Source of the DNA: Octopus sinensis
Taxonomy: Eukaryota
Direction of reading: 5' to 3'
Assembly: GCF_006345805.1 (NCBI RefSeq)
Contig: NC_042998.1
Location: forward strand, 64,604,001-64,668,000
DNA length: 64,000 nucleotides
Each line of letters opens with the position of its first letter. Position 1 is the first letter of the stretch. The position numbers and the translations under genes are program-made. This document shows, piece after piece, positions 54,328 through 64,000 of this stretch. The notes under the pieces are model-generated. The model was not told the origin of the DNA and did not search any database. It saw only the letters and a program-made list of their open reading frames with translations.

Positions 54328-55899
54328 TTGTATTTGTATTTTGGAATAGTGTGTGCATGTTCGTTTTATCTCTGTGTTGTACGTTGATCGTATAAAAATG
54401 CTCGTGATATGTGTTCATTCTGATTTGGCTTACACTTTCTTACAAATATACATTTATCTTTCTAGAATACTGTTTAAGATGTTAACAACGCACCTGCAAA
54501 TATTAGCTGAATGTAAGATGGTGTAGTTGCTTCGGGTTTTGTATTGACATCTATATAATATCATATCTAGATGGAAACTTTATGTTCAAAACTGCAACAA
54601 GATATATGTGCGTGTGTGTTCAGGAAGGTATTTTATTGATGCATATGTGTAAATTTTCCAAGCACTTTCAGTTCGGAAGGTAGTCCTATTCTTAAATTCA
54701 AATACCTACTGTAAAAAGAGAGTCCATTTTGTTCGCATATTTATTAGTTTGGCTCTGATCTGGCTTTCGTATGTGAAGTGACGTTTCATTTATAGAAGTG
54801 AAGAACAAAAATAAAAACACCGACCTCAATTTGCTTTTTCTCTGCGTTTTAGATGCATATACTTACTGTTTTATGCTTTCACACACTTTACCATTTTCAG
54901 GTTATATGATTCTTCTTTATATATATCCATGGTTTATAAATTTGTTCTTATTTTACGTTTTGGGATTGCATTCGAAATCTATTCTTATTTTATATGCCGT
55001 CTGCTATATACTTCTTCTTAAATTAGCTTGCCTCTTGGCATCGATACTTCCAGCTAAACAAGAAGTATTTCATTCCTTAGGTATACGTATTTTGTGAACG
55101 ACCAGTGCTATAGGTAGTTATTAATATGGAAACACATTTCGCCTGGGCAAAATGTATTATTTTTTGTTATACGTGCTTTGCGTGACATGAAAAATAAAAT
55201 CAGGCCGTAAATTTAGATTGTCCTGTAGTGTTTCTCTTAACATTATATCATTTCCAAGTGATGCTGTTTTTTATATGCAAACATTTCCATATACTTTCCT
55301 CATAAGGTTCTTCTGTTCTAACCTTGAACCAAATATATTTTCATTTGTATTATACGATTTATTTAAATACGGTCCTAGACGTTCGGTAGTAATATTATCT
55401 GCGATTGCCACTAAACCTTTCAGAATGCACACATCCTCCCCGTACACTGGCACAAGAAGATATACATACATCTATATCTATAATGATAATAATTATGAAG
55501 AAGATGGTAACCAGGAGAAGGAGGTGGAGGATGGAATGTTTGGTGTCCAAAGTTCATGAGGACGAGCAGCATACAACCCAAACATTGAAGGACTAGTTCA
55601 AGCGCACATGGTGCTATATGTAGGCTTTGGGCAGATGAGGGGTCGTGATGCTCACTTCCTTCTTTGTGTTTCTCATACGACGTTGTTGCTTTAGCTTTCA
55701 CCAGATTGCTTGCAATAATCTGGATGCAATCTTATCACACCTTTCTCCATGTTACGACTCCTCCCCACTCTGATATATGATCAATGTTATGTACTCATTA
55801 ATAAGACGTTTCAGAATGTATGTTTAGTAGCTTAAATGCGAAGCTATTCAGCAGAATCTGTGATTTCTAGTTGCTGCAGTTTCAATGCAGACATATCGT

Positions 55900-56399
55900 T
55901 TGTTCAGTTTACACGTGTCTGGGCATACTATCTTTGTTTTACCTACCGTTTTAATTTGGGTGCAACAGAAATACATATGGCAAGAAGAACATACGTTATC
56001 AAAAAGATTTCATCGGAGGGTTCAAATATCTTTACAGATATTTACTTAATTTTTGAAATTCCTTTCAAGTGGGATTACACTTACGCCTATTAGTCTACAA
56101 GCGTTTACTTCAGTCTTTCATGGCAATGTCTGGGCGATTGGTCTGTATCATTCTGTCTGTGTTGACAGGTTTTACAGTTTTTGCAGTTCTATATTTAAGA
56201 TATGAGGAATTATGTACACTATTTAAACTTGGCAGATATTTGTCCTCATCTTGTTGGCTGTTAACGCAACGCTTCGACTGATATAACCTCCAGGCTTCAT
56301 AAAGAAGACTTGTGAAAATTTCGAACCTGGGCATATGGCGTAGTGGTTAAGAGCGAGGGCTACTAACCCCAAGATTGCGAGTTCGATTCCAAACAGTGA

Positions 56400-56434
<35 letters not shown>

Positions 56435-57660
56435 TTAATAATAATAATAATAACAACAACAACATCGTGAAATATCTTAGGAATGAGAACCCAGGTTCCA
56501 AATTTCCCCAAGACATCTGATGAAGGCTGGAGGATATATCATCCGAAAGTTTGTGTTAATAACAAACAAGATGAGGACAAATATCCATCAAATGTAAATA
56601 ATCCTCATGTTTTGATAACTTCAATCTTATGCTGCCCGTTCAATTTCGATTTGAAGATCCTTCTCTGTCTGCGCAAGTACTTTACCTTAAATTTTTCTGT
56701 CTTTTTTTTCTATCAATTGATCCATTTCCAGTATCCCCAAGTGCTCATAGCCCGTCTCTTCTACTTGCTTCATAACCTCTCCCGACGGTATCGCTAGCCC
56801 GTCCATACATTTTTTTCACCTCTTCAAGACAAACATTCCACCCTTTTTCCGTCCGCACTTTGTTGATATCAGCACTGAAAATATACACCGTATCAACAAG
56901 GGAACTGATTCGGGAATCATATTTACCATAAAGTTTGAGGTCATCCGTGAATAACAAATGGTTGACATTTTGTTGGCAAAGTTTGAATACATACACAGCC
57001 TTTACTTTCCTTAGAATCAGTGTTAGTGCTATCATGCATAGTGCAAGGGTTAGTGAAGATAGGCAGTCCCCTTGGATGATGTCTCTCCTGATTTTTATAA
57101 TCCCTAAACGTCTTCAATACGTTGTCTGTTCCGTTCGCCACTTCGCCATAATTTTTCCAAGTAATCACTCAACATTCGATGCAATACCAAATAGGTTAAT
57201 ACACTCCATAATCTAAGAATGTGGGATCATATCGTACGCCTTACGATACTCGATCCATTACATAGCTAAGTTAATTTTCCTCCTCTTGCAGTCACTGAGT
57301 ACAGTTTTGTCTATCAGGAGTTGATCCTTGGTACCTCTGCACTTACGCTTGCAACACCTCTACTCATGTGGCAGAACACCAGTTTTTACCAGGTGTGCGT
57401 CCATTGGCTCTGTGACTATTCCAGTTAATAGATTCCACATAAGTGACAGGCGGCATATTGGCCTATAATTGTCTAACGTATTTCGTGTTTCGATGTTTCT
57501 TAGGCACAGTAATGTCCGACTCATTGTCAACCACTCTGGTGTGACTTTGTCGGCATTTAACGGTGTTGAGTTGTGCAGATTTTTGTGCATGACATTCACC
57601 AAATCTTTTGATCCAGTAGCCTTGAACACAATATACCAGTTTCCGTTTTTTTTTTGCTGA
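55900..57660 (-). mobile_element. Decayed R4/Dong-like LINE (RT and restriction-like endonuclease fragments), interrupted by composite SINE
   Basis: Minus strand gives [53 protein letters not shown] and SKLNG. Beyond the insert it gives PVNTDRMIQTNRPDIAMKD (RLE PD motif). Confidence 0.88.
56184..56608 (+). mobile_element. Composite element: inverted HHR arm + tRNA-like head + (AAT)n + HHR arm (copy 1)
   Basis: Inverted arm 56184-56331; head 56332-56402 with A-box tggcgtagtgg and B-box gagttcgattcc; AAT/AAC tract; sense arm with gacat-CTGATGA-aggctgg...catcc-GAAA (56512-56557). Confidence 0.8.
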
Positions 57661-58692
57661 AATGACTATTAATATTGTATAGCGTCTAACGCTGGAGTTG
57701 TACTACGGTGTCAGCTGTTCACTACCAGTGAAGTAAGGTAACACTTCTTATTTTTCATGCACCATCTAGAGATGTCGAGCCTTCCCAAGCAGTGCTGTTT
57801 TCTGCAAATATTTCACCCTTATTGCAGCCCCTATTCTTATCATTCCTCTCTCTCTCTCCGTGCTCTTTTTCCTTGTTTTCTGTTCTTCAACTTAATTCTT
57901 CTTTTACTACTGCCATCGTTGCGACTACTGCAGCCACTACTACAACTACCACCACCACCAATAGAAAACTGAAAATCAGTAAATCTAACATTTATTATGT
58001 TCCGAGGTAATTCGTCTTTTAATTAAGAGTCAACATTGTATCCTTTATTCTCAAAATTTTCAGACTTAATCTGGTATTACGACTGTTATTTCCTCGCCAG
58101 TTTTTATAGCAAGGATGAATACTCTAGCTTCTTGTTTAGTTTAGGTTTTAACAACAAAACGATTTACTTCTGTTTTCTTTTTGCTTCTTATTTCATCCCA
58201 CTACTCCGTTTATATCTCCTGCTTCTATTTTATATTTATTTCTTAATTGAAGAAATAAAACTATTTTTTGTTCATGCTTTGTAGCTGTTACCACGGCTGT
58301 GTGCTGCTTTATTGTGTAGCTGAAACATTTTGTATTCAATACTAAATATATATACTGAATCCATATCACTGTATTTGTGATAAATATAGTAATTCTGTAT
58401 CAAATGTTGGGTTTTAAACGCTGTTATTACATTTGTTATTTTCCGTTCTACTTTTTTTCTAATTCAACCGGCGTCCAATGGAGATTATAAACCCATTATT
58501 AAGACAAATTCTGTCTTTGTAATTGCTACCAATTTTTTGTTGGAGTATATCTCCAATGAAAATAATAATCTTAGGCTTCTATAGTACATCATAAACGTTT
58601 ATTTCATTTTGCACTATTTTCATCTGGCTCATTCAAGGATTTTTAAATATGTGCACGCTGTGGTTTTATTGTCATTAATTAACATGGCATTA

Positions 58693-59213
58693 CCGTAAAT
58701 CCTCGAGTATAATCCGTATTTTTTCCAAAACTTTAAAGGTCAAAATCCCTCGTCCGTACTATATACGAGGTTAAAAATGAAAAGTATTTTCTAAGCAATG
58801 TCCGAATCTCTAATTGTTGTCCGGCAATGTTTATTCAGACGCATTTTGTGATGTCGGGCGCGATTATACTTTAAGCTGAGCCTGAAAGCAATGAAGTCAT
58901 AAAAGAATCATCCATAACTTGCAGTAAGCAGCATTTAATAAAATAAGAGTATTCAGAATACAGAATAATATATAACAAAAACAACTTGCAAACATATTTA
59001 TATTCCCATATAACAATTGAAAACATTACCATTATTGTATTACGCATGCGCGGAAGTGTTTGTTCGACTAGGTGCTGCTGGCTTAATTACGCACGACTCA
59101 AGTTAGAGAAGGAGTGCGTATTATACACAAGGCTTAGGTTTTCCAGAGGTACAGCCCCCTAAAAATCCCCTGCGTATTATACTCAAGGGCAGACAATACT
59201 CGAAGATTTACGT
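58693..59213. mobile_element. Non-autonomous Tc1/mariner-pogo-type DNA transposon (TA target duplication)
   Basis: TA|ccgtaaatcctcgagtata ... atactcgaagatttacgt|TA, with repeated subterminal gcgtattatac motifs. Confidence 0.75.
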
Positions 59214-59709
59214 TATATGCGCTAGCCATTTTTATATGCCCCGATTTTATCTCAAATCCTCTCGTACATCCGTATACATTTCTACCTGTTTATTTTCTAC
59301 AGATTAGAAATGAAGCACATCGTTTAAGAAAAAAAAATGGGGATTTTTCTTAACTGTCCCCAAGCAATGAAATATTAATTAGTCTTCAAACATGTCTATA
59401 TTCATGAATATTAATATTCTATTGTTTGGAATCAATAATAATTCAAGCAGTATTTCAAGTTCATCAGGAGCTGAATTATTGACTAAAACTAGACATAAAT
59501 ATTATTCACTGAAACCAATATTGTGCCGTTGGGTAATTATTGAGGTGTTTTTTCATCACTTATGTGTTATTCAAAACTGATATGGATGCTTCGATTTCGA
59601 TGACTGAAATAATTTTTAACTTGAGTGTTCTGTATTTGACTTACTAATGATACGTAAAAGATTTCATCAAAAATACATTGAAGTTAACTACTCTCAAGAA
59701 TTATATTTG

Positions 59710-60134
59710 ATGAACATTTCTCCTCTTCTTGTTTGCTGTAAACAAAACATTTCGGCTTATAAACCCTCCAGCCTTCATCAGGTGTCTTGGAGAAATTTCG
59801 AACCTGCGTTCTCATTCCTAAGGTAATTTTCGGTGTTATTATTATGCCCATGAGCATATGGCATACTGGTTAAGAGCACTAGCTACTAACCCCAAGTGTC
59901 CGAGTTCGATTCCAGGCAGTGACCTGAATAATAATAATAAAAATAATAATAACAATAACAACAACATCGAAAAATACCTTAGGAATGAGAACCCGGGTTC
60001 GAAATTTCCGCAAGACGCCGGATGAAGGCTTACAAGGTATATCAGCCGAAACGTTATGTTAACAGCGAACAAGATGAGCACAAATATCCGTCAAATGTAA
60101 ATAATGTAAATAATTCCTCATCTCTTAAATATAG
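59710..60134 (+). mobile_element. Composite element: inverted HHR arm + tRNA-like head + (AAT)n + HHR arm (copy 2)
   Basis: Inverted arm about 59710-59845 (minus strand gacac-CTGATGA-aggct...agcc-GAAAT-GTT); head 59852-59926 with B-box gagttcgattcc; AAT tract; sense arm with cggatga-aggct...agcc-GAAAC-GTT (about 60014-60060). Confidence 0.8.
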
Positions 60135-61182
60135 AGCTCTATCTCAAGAATTAGTTTGTTACTTGTTTTTGAGCGATCCACACACTAACATGTACTATAC
60201 TATATAGATAGTATTGAAGCATTTACAAAAACACACACACCACACCTCACTTTCACACATAAACACACCCATGTATATACATAGAAGTATGAATATATGT
60301 ACGTACGTAAATATAAAAATATACAGAGCTACATATATCACAGAACTCTCAATAATTTGTAGTAGACTTATAAGAAACAGCCAAGGAAGCTGCTACGCAG
60401 CGCTTAGAATATTGGAAATGGCAACCACGATTCCCTTAGATCAAACCATACCATTTACCTGGGGATAAATACTATCAGAACCATCCAATACATTGATAAT
60501 TGAAATTATAGAATCATATCATTACTTGATAAATGCAGTACAGCATATAACTAAGTGCATTCAACAACAAAATATTTATGTCTTCTACTCAAACTTAAAT
60601 TATTATGCATTAAGACATTTTAAAGTGTTGCAAGCCGATGTGAGGCATTGATCTAAATAGAATACAATAGAAAATAAAATGATGACACAATGGTCAGTGC
60701 AACTAAAACAATGAGACATAATGTTTAAAGTGTGACTACAATAAAAGAAATGTCTGACAACGTCTTGCCGCAATACAAGCTTTTATAATGGAATTTTATG
60801 AATAATTATCTCAGACAGACTTCATAGAAGTGTTTCGAATTTTGTGAGTTCGGAAAAGAAAAGCAACAACAATGAATGGTATTATATAATGCATATAATT
60901 TTCATTCTCTCTATATGTCTCTTTATTAACTGAATTATGGCAAGAATATTCGCAGATAAGAGTTTCACTGCTTTTATTCTTTGAAATATTTCACATAGAA
61001 ATACTTCACATAATCCATAATCAGGAATACTGAGGCCAAAGACGATAGTAATGTAAAAGATATGCTCACATGACTAAGCATACGTATTTTATACGCGCGC
61101 ATGTACAGTACAGTATATGCGCATGAGTATGTATGGGAATTTACCTTTATGTACTTATAAGAATTCTTGTGGGCCGTAGGCA

Positions 61183-61222
<40 letters not shown>

Positions 61223-61551
61223 CATTGTTATTACACTCACGTTGTATCTTTATTTGCATGATTTAAAGGCATTTTATGTAGATACGAAGCAAAGGTAACA
61301 AATAATAGAAGGGTAAACATTTTCCGCAGCACCAATGAATGCACTATTCGCTGTTTACCACACGCCAAAGCACAAAATTCGTGTTAGCGAGTGACTAACG
61401 AGAGCAGAGCATTTGATGATCACCGAACGAATGAATCCCAACAATAGATACCGTAACTCGTTGCCACGACGATCATACATTCCCACTAATTCTTATTGTG
61501 TTTTCTTTCTTGCAAAACCCACAGCATCATGTCTTTCAACGTTATATATAT

Positions 61552-61585
<34 letters not shown>

Positions 61586-61717
61586 AGGGAGATGGGGAGT
61601 GAGAAGCAGAAAGCGTGAGGCAGAAGCGAGCACACCATCAAAGAATGATTCAATGGAACAGTGTGTATTCTAAATAACTACAGCATGTCATTTCCTTTGA
61701 GTGTTTGTGTATGCACT

Positions 61718-61765
<48 letters not shown>

Positions 61766-62470
61766 GAAAGGTATACAAATGCATACACGTATGTGTGTGT
61801 ATGTGTGTGAGTATTGAATCAAGTCAGATGACTATGAAAAAGTGAGGGAGAGAAAAGTAATCCCATAAAATGTAGAGCACAAATAAGCTTGCAGCGCATT
61901 TTAAATAAAAATCTAACTTGATTCCTCCAAGAATCACTGTAAACACAAAACAAATATATCTGCAAAATAATGAAATACAAGTTCCTCTCTGTTTTCTGAA
62001 TAAATGAATTAATGATTTCCCGCAGTGTAATCGTAATTGTTTTTAAAAATTCCATTCTCTGGAAGAGTCTCGTCGACGTAAGACAAAAAAATATATCGAA
62101 TGAATTTAATGGATAAATGAATAAAGCTGTTCAATAAAAGAAAAAATGTTCTTATCACACTGACATAGTTTTGCGATGCCAAGACGTTTAATGAACCGTA
62201 AAATAAGAATAATCAAGATTATTTAAGAAATCCTAAACGTTATTCATAAATTGTTGCTACTGGGTGCCTCATTTAATACATGTGGGTTGTTGAACACTTC
62301 CAGCAATGTTTTAATTCTATGTTTCTCATATCAACAAATTTTATCTCAGCAACACAATTGCAGATCCGCCAACGCATCATTAAATCATGGAAAGAATTCA
62401 ACAGTGCATATTTCACTTAAAAAAAAATGAAAATTACTATAATCCGATTTATTACTTTAAAGTTACACAA

Positions 62471-62985
62471 GGCGGCGAGCAGACAGAATCATTAGCACGC
62501 CGGCCAAAATGCCTAGCGGTGTTTCCTCCGTATTTACGCGCTTATTTCAAATTCCGCCGAGGTCGTCTATACTTTTCATTTTTTCGGAGTCGAGAAAATA
62601 CTAGTTTAGCGCTGGGGTCAATGTAATAGACTACCCCTTCCCAGTAAAATTGGAGACCTTGTGCTAAAACTTGAAATCATTATTTCAGAGACATATGAGT
62701 ATTAGATGCTATTCAAAAGCATTAAATGCAGTAGGATGGATTTAATGTTTCCTCAAAACAGGGCGGCGAGCTGACAGAATCGTTAGCACGCCGGGCGAAA
62801 TACTTAGTTCTATTTCGTCTGTCGTTACGTTCTGAGTTCAAATTCTGCCGAGGTCGACTTTGCGTTTCAGCATTTTGAAGTCGATTAAATAAGTAACAGT
62901 TACGCACTGGGGTCGATGTAATCGGCTTAACACCTTTGTCTGCTCTTGTTTGTCCCCTATATGTTTAGTCCCCTGTGGGCAATAA
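62471..62985 (+). mobile_element. Two tandem tRNA-related SINE copies (62471-62680, 62761-62985)
   Basis: Both begin ggcggcgagc(t/a)gacagaatc(g/a)ttagcacgccgg, followed by ttcaaattc(c/t)gccgaggtcg. Same family as 30802-30943. Confidence 0.8.
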
Positions 62986-63106
62986 AAACATATTTTCTCA
63001 AAACCGAATGCCGAATGCAGTTGTTTCCGGAAATCTTGCTTGAAATTTTCATGCATTTAAAATTTGCTACTATTTTAGTATTTATGCTGCTTCAGTTATA
63101 TAACAG

Positions 63107-63320
63107 TGGAGGCGCCTGGTTTAGTGGTTACGGTGTGGGACAAGCTCGTAAGATTGTGATTTCGATTACTGGACCTGGTGATGCGTTGTGTTCTTGAGCA
63201 AAACACCTCATTTCCACAGCTACCAATAATGAGTAATCCTGCGACGGACCGGAGTCCCATGCAGGTGGGGAATATATACTCCATTGAAACTAGCCCTCAT
63301 TAACGTGTCATGACGCGAGA
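63107..63320 (+). mobile_element. tRNA-derived SINE (diverged)
   Basis: Head ggaggcgcctggtttagtggtta...ttcgatt, followed by gttgtgttcttgagcaaaacac central-domain-like motif. Confidence 0.65.
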
Positions 63321-64000
63321 ACTAAATATTTATTGATTTATTTATACAACGGAGTATGTTGATTGATACACATATTGAACTCACGTCCAACAGATACCTG
63401 CTGTTGTCAAATTTCTCTTCAATATTGTCTTGGTAAAAAAATAAAACTTCTTTCTAATTCTAGCTCAAGGCCGGCATCTTTTAGATGAGCGACCAATTCA
63501 ATTACAACCGCCCCACTCCTTGGCTTGCAGTTTTCATTTAATGAAAGGCAATGCTGAACTCAGAGTATAAAGATCCGGAAGAAATCCCGCTAAGGGTTTT
63601 GCTTGATGCGCCAACGATTCTGCCAGCTCGACTCTTATTTCCAAAGTAAATAGACCAACCCCTTGACTATCACAGATGTTACGTTCCAAAATCTCCCGCG
63701 ATAGGTGAAAATCCGCAAAGTAGTAACAATACTATACTCTATTTTTATCACTTTTATAATTTGTATAAATTTATTTTATTATAAATGCAAATTTTTATTA
63801 TAAACGCAAAACTCAACTCATGAATTTGGTTTTCCATAAAGTACGTGCGATTCTTTATTTATTCATCTACGATACACCACGTATTTTCTTTTAATATATT
63901 TTAATTAATGTGTAATACGTTGCAGTACTGTACTCTATCTTTATTTATTGATTTATCTATTTTTAGGCGCAAAAATGCTTGTTGTACAACAGAAATAAAA

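Noticed and set aside
1-64000. CRISPR array or prokaryotic operon
   Set aside because: No regularly spaced repeat-spacer array or dense gene packing; the sequence is repeat-rich eukaryotic DNA.

Overview
AT-rich animal genomic DNA that is dense in (TA)n, (CA)n and (AAT)n microsatellites. The tRNA-derived SINE families resemble those of octopods (Octopus-like; this is an inference). No host protein-coding gene is recognisable, and nearly all ORFs in the track are microsatellite translations or transposon shadows. Penelope-like retroelements (PLEs) and their derivatives dominate the window. (i) A young, near-full-length RT + C-terminal GIY-YIG PLE (16986-21105) has 735/732-bp inverted terminal repeats carrying a hammerhead ribozyme (HHR). 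(ii) Two Neptune-type PLE remnants lie at 21231-21620 and 37030-38635. (iii) Several non-coding HHR-bearing elements share an 'inverted arm + sense arm + 3' extension, inserted in microsatellite' architecture (14180-14712, 41070-43027; 26765-26975 lacks the inverted arm). (iv) Two copies of a composite element join a tRNA-like Pol III head to an HHR-containing tail and carry a PLE-style 5' inversion (56184-56608, 59710-60134); this is a candidate PLE-mobilised ribozyme SINE. Other content includes R4/Dong-like LINE remnants, mariner remnants, a Helitron-type element and several MITE/foldback elements. Paired repeats differ mostly by single-base homopolymer indels, so some lesions may be assembly errors.
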